Assembly (NCBI GenBank): GCA_964187785.1
Contig: OZ076413.1
Location: 48,794,001-48,858,000, forward strand
Source: Amphiscolops sp. MND2022
Lineage: Eukaryota
Length of the DNA stretch: 64,000 nt
Reading direction: 5' to 3'
The notes beneath the pieces are model-generated. The model saw nothing but the letters and a program-made list of their open reading frames with translations, ran no database searches and was not told where the DNA came from. Shown here in pieces: positions 9,634 to 23,700 of the stretch (within the stretch, counting starts at the first letter, position 1; the number at the start of each line of letters is the position of its first letter). The position numbers were made by a program, and so were the translations under genes.

Positions 9634-12600
9634 AGTCTATCAACCCTGAGGGCTTCAGACACTTCGGAGGGTTGCAGGTTTTGTTGTTGTTCATCTCATC
9701 TCAACCTCGAAACCTAACCAATTGCAGGAATACCACATTTGGGTGTGTGCCAATCTTCCAAAAAACAATCACAACAGTGAAGCATTCCGATATAGAACAA
9801 AACCTTGAATTGTTAAAAAGAGTTAAAAATTTAAAATTAGGAAAATGGAGTTATCTCACCGGGTTGTGATGGTTCTTGCAGCCCAAGTGCAGCGACAAAC
9901 CAACAAAACTGCGTAAGAGATGTCGTCTAGTTGTCTCAAATTCAAATCATTGCCATCTCTGAAGCTACTTGACAAGTCTATCACAACAATTAGGCTTACA
10001 CAGGCTATGACACAAAAACTATATCAGCCAGACACTCATTCTTTGTTCGGTTATGGATGTTACGGAGACTTTTACTAAGCTCTAAACTTTCGCATATCTC
10101 GTAATCAGGAGGCAAAAGTTTTTTCCTTAGAAAGTGATTCGGTAGTAACGTTCCATGATACTTCAGAGACTGTCGATGATCTTCCAAACATAGCTGAGGT
10201 ACATGAAACATATTCGTGCTACCATTTCGTGTGAAAATCGATGAGCTCTTATGAGTGGAAACCCTTTCTACATTTTTACAAATTTTGCGTCTTGTTGAAA
10301 GAACCGCATTTTTCAAAACTCCACAAAGATAAAGATCATAAACTTTCATTATTCGGCTTCGTTCCAACAACTCATCGGACGGATATCTTCCGTTTTTGAA
10401 AAAAATAATTCGCAGTATTTTCTTTTGCAGCAGGATGTGTTCTTCAATTTACTTTTCCTCGTATACTGAGAGACCGTATTGGATGACAGGTATCATGTAA
10501 ATGTTATAATATCTGACCACTATTGATGTTATACAAAAATGTTTCAACCGCATTACCACTTATACATGCTTAGCCATTTTACCAAGTACACTTTGAACAT
10601 GGGCTTCAGAGGTCAGTTTTTCATCCAGGTGAACGCCCAGATTTTTCACAGGTTTGGGTGGAGATATAGTAGTGCTTGCCATTTTCATGCTTTCATTCCT
10701 ATAATTTTGCTTTATCTTGAAATGTCGAAGTAGCATTTGTCGGTCGAAACACATTTAGTATCACCTGCGTACTAGAAAGGTACGATATCATCACACGAGC
10801 TTCGAAACATATTGACCAATATTAGAAACAATAGCGGTCCTATATTCGATCCTTGTGGTACACCACACTCAACAGCTAGGGTGCTTGAATACTGATTATT
10901 AATAGCAACGCTTTGGGTACAATCATTGAGATACGACCTGAACATTCTAAGCAAATACCTCTCACACTATAGCTCTCAAGTTTGAATATTAAGGTTTCAT
11001 GATTTATTGTATCAAAAGTTTTTCTTAGGTCTAATAGCATACAGGATACATCAAGATGGGTACTATTCCGGATCAGTTCCGGTAAGTCCGCTGGTTCTTG
11101 CAATGTACTCATTTTGACCTGAATTCGAATTGACGACAATAGCAAAGTTCGTTCGCTTACATGATATTATACAGTCTCTCGAAAACGACCCGCTCAAAGA
11201 CTTTGCTCAGAACCGACAAAATTGGTATGGGTCTATAGTTCTCACAATTGCTCTTTTTCCCACATTCAAAGTTTGGAACCATTTTCGCAGTTTTTGAAAT
11301 CTTCGGAAAAACACCACTTGATAACGATTCGTTGACAAGGTAGGTCAGTCTATCACAGATCACATAATGACTAGCCTTTAAAATTTTAGCAGTTAGCCCA
11401 TATAATCCGACCGCTCTATGGTTCTCAAGGTTCCGTACAGTTTTAGAGACTTCCAGGGAATCAGTTGGATATAAAAAGAGAGACTTCACATTTTTAGCTA
11501 ATCCTTCAGTATTGAATGGAACAGTGGGAATTGATGCGGCTATAGTTTCGCTTTCCGAAACGAACTTCTCATTGAACAAGGTTGATACGGCAAAATCCTC
11601 TGTGTTCCATTTGCTTTCTATCTCCGTGGTTATGAAGTTAGAGTTCTTCTTTTGTCTACCATTTAGTCGATTTAACCCATTTAAAAAGCTTTTTGACGAA
11701 TTCAGGAACCGGGTGAGTCGATCAAAAAAGTATTCTCGCTTCTTCGATCGCAGGAGTTTGCAGACGAGATTTCTCATTTTTGTGTTTTTGTTTTTGTTAG
11801 ACGGAGTGCAATATCGGTTGTATCTCTTGAACGCGAAATTTTGTCGCATTTTGTTTTTCTTTACATCTTTGTCGAACAAAGATTTATTCGATTTTGCAAG
11901 CTTCATTTTTTCTTTGAAAGTGAAAACGTTGACGGCTGTTGTGAGTGCATCAGCCAGACTTTCAGTTAACCTATTGACGTCCTGTTCTAATTTTGACAGT
12001 TTCATACAAGGCATCAAGTAGTTTAAGTACTTTTCTTTATGATACCCATCTCGAAGAAATGGCATTGTTGCCCTGGTTTGTTGGAAACGAAGGGATTGAG
12101 ATCTTGTTATGTCCAAATGGACATGAGTTGCATAATGGTATAAAGTATTGGTTTTGATGACACCAAACTCAAGATTGCTTAGGCAGTCATTATGAACTAT
12201 GTGATCAAGAAGTGACATTGACGTGGGTGAAACAGGCGTAGGTTCTTTATACCTTGATAACACCCATTCAATTTCAAAGATTTCAAATACTTATTACCAA
12301 TCACAGACGTCTCAAACAGATCATTATTCATGTCACCAACAGGAAAACAGTTGCTCATCTGACAACAACTTTCACGAAGAACTTCGAAGTGCTCCAAGAA
12401 ATATTGTTTATTGACCGAGGGGGTATTGCATAAACAAACTACTTTAATTTTTCCTCTTTTATATTGGTACAACTAATTGCAATGTAATTCAAATCAATTC
12501 CAGTGCCAAATTCTATTATCTCAAAAGATTGACTCATGGACGTATATTCCCACACCTTCATTGCCAGTTTTTTCCTGGTTAAAACTTCATTGGTGCATAA

Positions 12601-13615
12601 TTATCTAAGACATACAGGTCTTCAGCAGATGATTCAACCATCCACGTTTCGGAGCAGCAAACTAGGGATGGTTTAATAACTCCAAAAGTTTTTATCAATG
12701 TTTCCAATTCTTGAAAATGGAGGTCGAATGATCTCACATTTAGGTGCAGAATCCATTTGTTTTCAACATTATCAGAGGTTACCGTTTTGCAAAATTTTTC
12801 ACATTCACGCTGTAGTTTTTTACGCTTTAGTGTATAAGTGAGAGGGTCCCCTAGCGAAAATGTAAGCTTGTCTTGCAAACAAGTTATTTGAAATCTAGAT
12901 CCTATTCATTTAGTTTGAAAGATTCTCGAAAGTAATTTTAGATTCATCAGTTTTATAAATGACAACAGGATAGATATCGGCTCGCAATCTCAGCGCTTTG
13001 GCTAATCGCGCCCTCAACAGAGTGTTGTCGTTGTTGATAAAGATTTTTTTCTTTACAATCCTTCAGTGTTTTTTTGTTCGCCATCAGCCCAATTTTTGGT
13101 TTTCTGCGTACAAATTTCACAATGATAGGGCGCCCTTCATCTTTTTTCAAGTTTCTGCTGAATACCCAGTGACTTATGCTGATGTCTGTTTTTGAACTTT
13201 GGTGTCCCACTCTCATTGCAACTTCAACACTTTTTGGAACACATTCTCGTCTGCGTTTTTGGACGACAACAACTTCTTCTAACACTCGAATATTCTGACA
13301 TTTTTTTGCCTTCTTACTCCTCATTAGAATCAGCGTTGTATAAACTGAAAAGTTCACAAGTAATTGGGGATTGCTCAGGCCCTTTGGACTGCTTCTCGCG
13401 AAGCTCCGGAACCTCAGAAGCTGCACAGAAACTACAAAAAAGGACGATTCATGAGTCTTTTTGGTATTTTATAGGGATCCACACCACACAGTCTTTTCCC
13501 TTCTGCCCTTTTCCTGTGCATTCATCTTCATCTTGAATGGATGATGCAATTCTAGTAGAAGGCATATTTCTCTCAAACTATTAAAAAAGTTTATCACAAC
13601 AATTAGGCTTATGGA
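9634..13615 (-). mobile_element. Degenerate CR1/L2-like LINE (ORF1 remnant, APE, RT, C-terminus, downstream sequence)
   Basis: APE ILHLNVRSF...CCSETW (12579-12878); NYRPIPILSVLSKVFER; LLDLRKTFDTINH; CGVPQGSNIGPLLF; C-terminal RQSLKYHG. Confidence 0.85.
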
Positions 13616-14089
13616 GTTTCTCCCTGTTCCTGACGTCTAGCAGCGGAAGGACGAATCCACAATACTGCTACTACTAAATGGTCCTTCACGTCAATATTGA
13701 CAGCTATTGATTACAAAACCTTTAGATCGAATTAGGGATATCTACAAAGAAGGGAGAAAAAGTGGTATAAATAACGACAGCACTTTAATACTTCTAATGC
13801 CTATCTTCGAAACTATTAGCGATGCATCTGATTTGTATCCTGAATTCATCTGGTGTCCATCGAGTAGTCTTCGCAAGCCTTGCGCTAAGCATGTTAGCGC
13901 CTGTTTTTGAAACCGTTGTTGCTTCCAGATTCGCCTGGGCGTTTTCTGAGAGTGCTTGTTTTTCAGTAGACTTTCAGGCAACTTTTCAGTTTTTCAAGTT
14001 GTTTTTAATGCTGTTTTGATCATTAAAGTGTTCTCGTTTCTTCGACTGCCTCAAAAAACTGAAAGAACAACTGGAAAAACTGTGAAATT

Positions 14090-16830
14090 AGTTTTTCAGC
14101 CTAATTAATGTGATAAACCTATTAAATAGTTTTCGAGACGCATGCCTTCTACTAAAATTGCATCATGCATTCAAGATGAAGATGAGTTCTCGTCACACCT
14201 GATTGAATGCACAGGAAAAGTGCAGAACGGAAAGGGCTGTGTGGCGTGGATCCCTAGTTGGCTCCCAAAAAAATAACAAAAGGATTAATGAATCGTCCTG
14301 TTTGTGCGGTTTCTGTGCAGCCTCTGAGGTTCCCGAGCTTCTGTTGAACACTCCAGCCTATTCAACGGTGATTCTAACGAACAGTATGGAAGGTGAGATA
14401 ATTCTGGCTCTTCGGAGTGAAAGAAGGAGCAGACGAGAATGTGTTCCAAAAAGTGTTGAAGTTGCAATGAGAGTGGGACACCAAATTTCAAAAAACAAGA
14501 CATCAGCATAAGTCACTGGGTATCTAGCAGAAACTTGAAAAAAGATGAAGGGCGCCCTATCATTGTGAAATTTGTACGCAGAAAACCAAAAAGTGGGCTG
14601 ATGGCGAAGAAAAAATCACTGAAAGGTTGTAAAGAAAAAATCTTTATCAACAACGACAACACTCTGTTGAGGGCGCAATTAGCCAATGCGTTGAGATTGC
14701 GAGCTGATATCTATCCTGTGGTCATTTATAAAACTGATCAATCTAAAATTACTTTCGAGAATTTTTTCAAACTATATGAATAGGATCTAGATTTCAAAAA
14801 ACTTTTTTGCAAGACAAGCTTACATTTTTGCTAAGGGACCCTCTCACTTTTACACTAAAACGTAAAAAACTACAGCGTGAATGTAAAAAAATTTGCAAAA
14901 CGGTAACTTCTGATAATGTTGAAAACGAATGGATTCTGCACCTAAATGTGAGATCATTCGACCTCCATTTTCAAGAATTGGAAAGATTGATAGAAACTTT
15001 TGGAGTTATTAAACCATCCCTAGTTTGCTGCTCCGAAACGTGGATAGTTGAATCATCCGCTGAAGACCTGTATGTCTTAGATATTTACGCACCAATGAAG
15101 TTTTAACCAGGAAAAAACTGGCAATGAAGGTGTGGTATAATACGTCCATGAGTCTCTCTTTTTTGAGATAATAGAATTTGGCACTGAAATAGGTTTGAAT
15201 TACATTGCAATTAGTTGTAACAATTTAAAAAAGAAAATAATTATGTAGTTTGTTAATGCAACCCTTCCTCGGTTAATAAACAATAATTCTTGGAGCACTT
15301 CGAAGTTCTTCGTGAAAGTTGTTGGCAGACGAGCAATTCTTTTCCTGATGGTAACATGGTTATTTATTTATTTGAAACGTCTGTGATTAGTAAAAGCTCT
15401 TTAAACTCTTTAACATTGAATGGGTGTAACCAAGGTATAAAAAGCCTACCTCCTCAAAGTCACTTCTTGATCACATAGTTCATAATGATTGCCTCAGCAA
15501 TCCTGAGTTTAGTGTCATCAAAACAAATATTACATATCATTATGCAATATATGTCCATTTGGATAGAACAAGATCTCAATCCCTTCGTTTTCAACAGACC
15601 GAGCAACAATGCCATTTCTTTGAAATGGGTGTTACAAAGAGAAATACTTAAACTACTTGAGGCATTGTCTGGAACTGTAAAATTTAGAACAGGACGTCGA
15701 TATGTTAACAGAAAGTCTGGCTGATGCACTAACAACGGCCGTCAACGCTTTCACTTCCAAAGAAAAAATGAAGCTTGCAAAATCGAATAAAATTTTGTTC
15801 GACAAAGATGTAAAGAATAACAAAATGCGACAAAATTTCGCGTTCAACAGATACAACCGATATTGCACTCCGTCTAACAAATCTAAACACACAAAAATGA
15901 GAAATCGCGTCTGCAAACTCCTGCAGTCAAAGAAACGAGAATACTTTTTTGATTGACCTACCCTGAATTCGCCAAAACGCTTTTTAAATGGGTTGAATCG
16001 ACTAAAAGGTTGACAAAAGAAGAACTCTAACTTCATAACCACGGAAGTAGAAAGCAAATGGAACACAGATGATTTTGCCGTATCAACCTTGTTGAATGAG
16101 AAGTTCGTTTCGGAAAGCGAAACTATAGCCGCATCAATTCCCACTGTTCCATTCACTACTGAAGGATTAGCTAAAAATGTGAAGTCTCTCTTTTTATATC
16201 CAACTGATTCCCTGGAAGTCTCTAAAACTGTACGGAACCTTGAGAACCATAGAGCGGCCGGATTAGATGGGCTAACTGCTAAAATTTTAAAGGCTAGTCA
16301 TTATGTGATCTGTGATAGACTGACCTACCTTGTCAACGAATCGTTATCAAGTGGTGTTTTTCCGAAGATTTCAAAAACTGCGAAAATGGTTCCAATCTTT
16401 GAATGTGGGAAAAAGAGCAATTGTGAGAACTATAGACCCATACCAGTTTTGTCGGTTCTGAGCAAAGTCTTTGAGCGGGTCGTTTTCGAGAGACTGTAAA
16501 AATTCATGTAAGCGAACAATATTCTCTATTGTCGTCAATTCGGTATCAGATCAAAATGAGAACATTACAAGCAGTAGCGGACATACCGGAACTGATCCTG
16601 AATAATACCCGTCTTGATGTATCCTGTATGGTATTACACCTAAGGAAATGTTTTGATACAATAAATCATGAAATCTTACTATTCAAATATGAGAGCTATG
16701 GTGTGAGAGGTATTGGCATGGAGTCGTTCAGGTGGTATCTCATTGATCGTACCCCTTGCGTTGCTATTAATCATCAGCATTCAAACACCTTAGTTGTTGA
16801 GTGTGGTGTACCACAAGAATCGACTATAGT
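14090..16830 (+). mobile_element. Second copy of the same CR1/L2-like LINE, head-to-head with 9634-13615
   Basis: Near-identical peptides to the minus copy (e.g. 14807-15106 vs 12579-12878; 16089-16499 vs part of 11157-12263). Breaks off at CGVPQESTI. Confidence 0.85.
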
Positions 16831-16831
16831 T

Positions 16832-19470
16832 AAGTTCAGTTGAGTTGAGTTGTACTGGCAAATATGCTATTGCCCCGCGTCAGCTCCTTTAGTTAAAGGG
16901 TCTTTCCGTCTCTATATAACACAGTCTGAATTCAAAATTCTTCCAGTGGTCATGAAGTTTCTTCTTGAAGTGACATAAATTGTCGGCGTACACTACCGAT
17001 GCTGGCAGATGATTCCAATCATTGACTACACGCACTGAGAAGAATGTCTTTCTGAGTTTTAGCTTTACTTTTCTTGTCTGTAGTTGGATGTTTTTCCAAC
17101 GGTGATTTCTATGAGAGGGCTTTATCAGTCTGTTCGATGTTTTTTTTTCATAGAGGAAGTTCCTCAGTTTGTATATCTCAATCATAGCACCTCTCATCCT
17201 TCTAAATTCCAGAGTCGGAAGCTTCAGAGTCTCTAATCGATCCTCATATGACAATTTTGGAAGAGTTGCTATCAGTCGAGTTGCTCTTCGTTAAAAATTT
17301 TCGAGTTGGGTTTTCTGTCTTTCGTATCTTGGAAATAACATTTGGTTACAGTTCTCTAGGTGCGGGCGGACTAATGATTTATACAGATTCACAACGATAT
17401 TTTCAGTCAAGTTCGAGAAAGTTTTTTTGAAGAGTGCTGTTAGCTTTTTTGGTTTTTGCGACTATATGTCTGTCAAAGTTCAGTTCTTTGTCCATTTCCA
17501 CTCCCAGATCCTTTTCCGTGCTCATTTTTTTCAGTGTTTTGCCATTAATGGAGTATATTTGGCGGAAGTCAGGTTGGCTTCTGGCGGAGTGAAGTGTCAT
17601 TTGAACGCATTTCTTTCGGTTAAACTTGAGAAGGCTCTTTTTCATCCAGTTGTGCAGGGAAATGAGCTGTAGTAATCTTTGATCTTCAGTTGTTGATATC
17701 TCGCAGAACAAATTCGAGTCGTCTGCAAAGAGTAAAAGTTTCGAGTATACGATATCTGGCAATGAATTGACATATGAAAGAAACAGTACTGGACCCACGA
17801 CCGAGCCCTGTGGTACCCCGCTGTCGATAGCGCTCCATAAGGCCTTTGTAGGTGTTCAATGACACGTTCCTCTCTTTACTTCAAAAATTGGTCTATCCAT
17901 TGACGGTTTTTGCCTCTTATCCCATATTGTTCCAGAATGTTAATTAACCGGATGTGGGGTACGGTATCGAACGCTTTTCTGAAATCGAGATAGATTACAT
18001 CAACTTCTTTCCCTCTGTCGACTGCTTCTGTCCACTCGTCCAACACATTCAAGAAATGCAAAGTGGTTGATGGCCCGGGTAGAAAACCATATTGTTTGTC
18101 GTGTAGTAGCTTTTCTTAATTTCTTATTAGGTATTTCAAAAACTGCGACCTCACCAACTTTTCCATTAGCTTACAGCAAACCGACGTCAGGCTAACTGGT
18201 CTGTAATTGTTAGGCTCTCTTTTTTCCCCTAATTTGTGGAGTGCAATAATGTTTGCCCGTTTCCAATCCATTGGAACGACACTTTCCCCCAGGATTTCCG
18301 AAACAGTAGAACTAATGCCTTGACTATTACACTTTTTGCTCATTTCAGTACCACGTTTCGTTTCATCAAAACCTGGTGATTTGGAGGTGTTCAATGATTC
18401 GATTTCTTCCGAAAGCTCGCTTTCCTCAAAATACATAACGCTCACTTCACAGGCAGTTTTTATGGGGATCTTCCAATTTCCGGGCTCTTCATGCGTAAAG
18501 ACTGAGCTGAAAACTGCGACTCTGCTTTTTCATGGTCAGACACCGTTAACTCTCCATTTTCTATTGTTAGATTTGGTGTGGATTCAGTTCGCTCTGTTTT
18601 TTGTTTTTACAAAATTCCAAAAGAGTTTTGAGTTCGATTTGAAAGCTTTTGAGATCTCAATTTCCTGACTTTCTAATTCTTCTTTTGTCATTTTTCGTTC
18701 CTTGTTTTTCAGTTTTCGGTAGTTTTCCCAATTCGTTTTAGATTTGTTGTCTTTGAATTTTTCCATGCTTCTTTCTTCGATTTGATAAGAGCGACCGACC
18801 ACTTTTGTCTTCAATGGTAGTTTTGCTTTCTTCCCTCATAAGATTTTCACAAACGGGGTTGATGCACTGAGGGCTTGTTTTACGTTGGATTTAAAAATTG
18901 TCCTGTTCTCTCTCAAATCTTTGTGCTCGAAGAGAGAGGTCCAGTCTTGGTCCAATAGCATATTCAGCAGATGGTATCGCACTTTTTATAATTTCGTTTT
19001 ATCAACAGTATCGGAGTTGACAAGCGTTTCAGGTCAAAAGTAGCGTTTATCATTACGTGGTCACTGTTTCCTAGAGGTTCCATGTACTCAACATCTATTA
19101 TGACAACTTCTGGACTGGCCAGGAGAAGGTTTAGCAGTGAAGGTTGAGTGTTTGGTGTGATCCTTGTATGTTCCTTTACATATTGAATCAGATAGGAGTC
19201 TCTGACTACCTCAAGAAACAGTGCTTCCTTACTGTCTTCTTCAGTGTTACAACTAACCTCTTCCCAAATGATTTTAGGATAATTGAAGTCTCCCAGTTTA
19301 TTATTTTTCTATCGCTTTCTTCCAGGATTTTGATTTTCTTGTTAAGTCGGTTATGGAGTTTTTTTTGGTTGTAGACTTCGGGCTTCTGTCAACTGACATG
19401 AGACATTTCACATCTCCGAGTTTCAGATCCACTATCGAGTTGAGAACCTCAGGTTCTATCAACGAGGGGC
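16832..19470 (-). mobile_element. 5'-truncated CR1 LINE inserted in the plus-strand LINE
   Basis: APE LGDFNYPKIIW...SDH (~19050-19290), YLDFRKAFDTVPH, LFADDS, RKTFFSVRVVNDWNHLP; (CAACT)n-like 3' tail at ~16832-16855. Confidence 0.88.
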
Positions 19471-20123
19471 AAAATTGATGAAAATGTAGAAAATTTTAAC
19501 ACTCATAAGAGCGCATCGATTTTCACACTAAGTTTTAGCACGAGTATGTTTCATGTACCGCAGCTATGTTTGGAAGATCATCGATAGTCTCTGAAGTATC
19601 ATGGAACGTTACTACCGAATCACTTTCTAAGGAAAAAACTTTTGCCTCCTGATTACGAGATATGCGAAAGTTGAGCGCTGAGTAAAAGTCTCCGTAACAT
19701 CCAAAACCGAACAAAGAATGAGTGTCTGGCTGATATAGTTTTTGTGTCATAGCCTGTGTAAGCCTAATTGTTGTGATAGACTTGTCAAGTAGCTTCAGAG
19801 ATGGCAATGATTTGAATTTGAGACAACTAGACGACATCTCTTACGCAGTTTTGTTGGTTTGTCGCTGCACTTGGGCTGCAAGAACCATCACAACCCGGTG
19901 AGATAACTCCATTTTCCTAATTTTAAATTTTTAACTCTTTTTAACAATTCAAGGTTTTGTTCTATATCGGAATGCTTCACTGTTGTGATTGTTTTTTGGA
20001 AGATTGGCACACACCCAAATGTGGTATTCCTGCAATTGGTTAGGTTTCGAGGTTGAGATGAGATGAACAACAACAAAACCTGCAACCCTCCGAAGTGTCT
20101 GAAGCCCTCAGGGTTGATAGACT
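19470..20123 (+). mobile_element. 3' continuation of the 14090-16830 LINE
   Basis: Reverse complement of ~9634-10290, the 3' part of the minus-strand copy. Confidence 0.8.
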
Positions 20124-20139
20124 GGATAAATTGTAGGCT

Positions 20140-20740
20140 TTGCATTAGATGGGTTCACATAAAATTCGCCAATTTATCAAGAACGGAAGCCTTGCCAAAT
20201 TTAAATGTTTTAGGTGCTCTTTAGTGTACACAATCCGTCAGTGTCAGGATGATACCTTTAGACCAGTCACCTTTTTGTTTCAGGCGTTGTTCACTTGAAA
20301 AGATTTCCTAAAAATTAACGGATCCCCCTAACTGAAAACTTGATTTCCAAAATTATTGATATTTGTGAAACCCCGTCAAATATTGCCTTGTGGTGCTTGC
20401 TGCTCTCCTCTCTAAGCTGTTTTTTGGAAAAAACACATGGAAGAGGTAAACGTCAGCGGTCATCACTTAGTGCAATTATCAACAAGCGTATTCGGGAAGG
20501 TTTCATCGAGAAAAAACCGAAACGCGACAGAAAACCGCAGCAGAAAAGCGAGTTAGATCGACGACTGCGTTCAATTTGCACTAAACTAGACGAAGGTAAT
20601 GTTAAGGCCGGAATCAGAATGGCAGTAGGCGACGACAAGATTGCAGATTTCATGGTCGACAACTACGCTGCCCTTAAGCTGAAACATCTGCAGAGGGAAA
20701 CTTGCTCTGTTCCGGACCCCACAGATAGCGATGTGACGTC
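20140..20740 (+). mobile_element. CRE-clade retrotransposon fragment, pre-RT region
   Basis: ORF 20340-20765 RRLRSICTKLDEGNVKAGIRM...AALKLKH resembles the region preceding RT in CRE elements; fused to a LINE fragment at ~20745. Confidence 0.6.
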
Positions 20741-20749
20741 TCTAACTAA

Positions 20750-23700
20750 TCAGGACTCTCCTTAACTCATGCCTATCCGCAGGTGAGTGGGTATGGGATA
20801 CTGCTGATGTTATCTTCCCCAAAATGGTCGGGAAACCAGATTAAACCAATCCAGGATCGTATAGACCTATATCAATAATCTCGTATATCGGTAAAGTGTT
20901 TGAGAAAATTATCGCCTCAAGTCTAGAGAATTTCTTCAAAGCCACTGGAATCAACGATGTTTATCAAGAATGTTTCACAAAGAAACGAAACACGGTTAGG
21001 TACCTCAACCACCTTGACAACGATATTCGGGAAGAACTGAAGGAGAAGTACACAGTTATTTGCCTTTTTATAGATTTTGAAAAAGCGTTCGATAGTGTGT
21101 GGACGCAAGGCTTAATGAAGAAGCTTGTTGATGTTGGTGTTAAATCAAATGTGTGGAAACTCATAAATAATTTTCTCTTCAATCGTAAAGTCAGACTAAT
21201 TCGTAACGATCACATTGGTAATTTTCGGGCATGTAGAGATTTCGGTCTCCCACAAGGTTCGGCATTATCGCCTATACTCTTCAAATTCTTTATCAGCGAT
21301 CTTGCTCAAGATGTCGTTGATGTGATGGTCAAGTCATTAAGCTCTTCAAATTTGCTGATGATGGTACATTGAGGATGACAGGTGTAACTACTGCTGAATG
21401 GTTGGATAACCTAGATGCTGTTTGTCGGTCATTAAACCTGTGGAGTGCAACTTGGCGTATGATGATAAATTGTAACCCATCCAAGGCGGAACTTATATGT
21501 TTTGGCACAACCGGCGAAAATCCGGATTTGATCCCTGAAACAGTCAAGCTCGGAAATTACACACTAAGATTCGTGGAAAAGACCAAGGTCCATGGACTAG
21601 TGATGGACCGGAAGCTTAACTATATAGAACACGGGAAAGAAATCAACAGGAAGATAGAATTTCGCTGGGTATCTATATGTAAATATACCAACAGGAACTG
21701 GGGATTTCGTCAACACGTTATTATACGACTGAGGGAAGTTCTGATTGCAACATGCATTCATTATGCTAGTTTTATTTGGATAAACAATAGAAGCATTCAG
21801 GAGGTAGAAAAAGTGTGGTACAAAATGCTAAAGTCGGCCATCGGAGCAGTATTTCATATCGAACAATCTCTAGCTGAAGCCACGTTGGAATCCCTCCGAT
21901 ATCAGTGGCCAATAAAGTAAATTCCACAAAACATCTTCTGAAACAAAACCTTTTCTCCCAGGAAGACGACCTCTTGAAGATTTTTGTCACAAAACATCTT
22001 TCTGGTTACAGCCACAGCTCTCTGTCGAACAAAGCTAAAGATGCCATTCAATTCCTAAAATGGAAAAGAGAGCGTTATCCTGACTGCTTCAACGCAAACG
22101 ACAGGAGTATTATTGAGACAGGTCAACTTGATCAATTTACAGAACTGTCTGTGAAAGCCTGTTCATATACGAAGGGTCAAATACAGAAATACACAGAATT
22201 ACTATGGCAATCTTCAATTGACAACAAGTTTCAGATAGAAGGCTTCTTTGGTTCTTCCAAAGTCACTACATTGGATTGAAGTTTCCACCCAGCACAACAC
22301 GAGAATTTGAAACAATGTTCTTGAGCCTGTTCTATGCCAATAATCTGATGAAGGATTTCCTCTATCGGTACGACAGCAGAAGATACAACTCTCCCAGTTG
22401 TCCATGTGGTAAGGGGTGTCAAAATTCCCACCACTTATTACTAAATTGCAAATTTATTGATGAAAAGAAAAAGTCCCTCGCAGCCGAATTTATGGGCAGC
22501 AAAGAATCCCACTACAATGACACGTATTACGGAAATGCATTCCTCAGAACTATCAATGAAGCTACACTGAAATTCTCAAAATGTAAAAAATTGTCAACCG
22601 ATTGCAAGCCATACTCGACAAACGAACTTACAGAAGCATCAAAAGTCCTTAGGAAGTAATACCTGCTAAGAAGTAATACCTGAAGAGGAACACCATCTCT
22701 AATAAAGCAATCATGGATTTAGCTAAGGAGAAGTTTGATTCCATGAGAATATCAGAGTGTCAGAAATTCATCCTCAGCAAAACACAAAACCTCAATGTTG
22801 CGCAATTTAAGCAGTTCTGGAAAGAATTTAAACGGTTATTTGCAAGTAAATCGGTTAAAAAAGTTGATCCGCTCCACTCTAATGATGATAACAATGCAAC
22901 AGATTCAAATGAGAAGGAGGATATTCTATTTGATAGCTTCTTTGCTGGAAGGCACCTCATAGAAAAAAGCCCAGATTCTGATGTGTCTTTTATGATCACG
23001 TTAATAGAATTTACAACACGATCTCAGAAGCAGACGGGGAGCACGACACAGGGCAGCAGCATTTTTTGTATGAAGAAAGTAACAACATTTTTAGATCTGA
23101 AATAACAACAGGAGAGGTTCTTAGCTTCTTCAAGAAATATGAAACTTCAAACAAAAGCTTTGATAACCATGGATTCCACCCAATCATGCTGAGACTCCTG
23201 GGAGTAAGAGCCGTGGAACTAATCAGGACTCTCCTTAACTCATGCCTATCCGCAGGTGAGTGTTTATGGGATACTGCTGATGTTATCTTCCCCAAAATGG
23301 TCGGGAAACCAGATTAAACCAATCCAGGATCGTATAGACCTATAGCAATAACCTCGTATATCGGTAAAGTGTTTGAGAAAATTATTGCCTCAAGTCTAGA
23401 GAATTTCTTCAAAGCCACTGGAATCAACGATGTATATCAAGAATGTTTCACAAAGAAACGAAACACGGTTAGGTACCTCAACCACCTTGACAACGATTTT
23501 CGGGAAGAACTGAAGGAGAAGTACACAGTTATTTGCCTTTTTATAGATTTTGAAAAAGCGTTCGATAGTGTGTGGACGCAAGGCTTAATGAAGAAGCTTG
23601 TTGATGTTGGTGTTAAATCAAATGTGTGGAAACTCATAAATAATTTTCTCTTCAATCGTAAAGTCAGACTAATTCGTAACGATCACATTGGTAATTTTCG

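Noticed and set aside
9255-9717. ORFs spanning the N run
   Set aside because: Artefacts of translating the gap.
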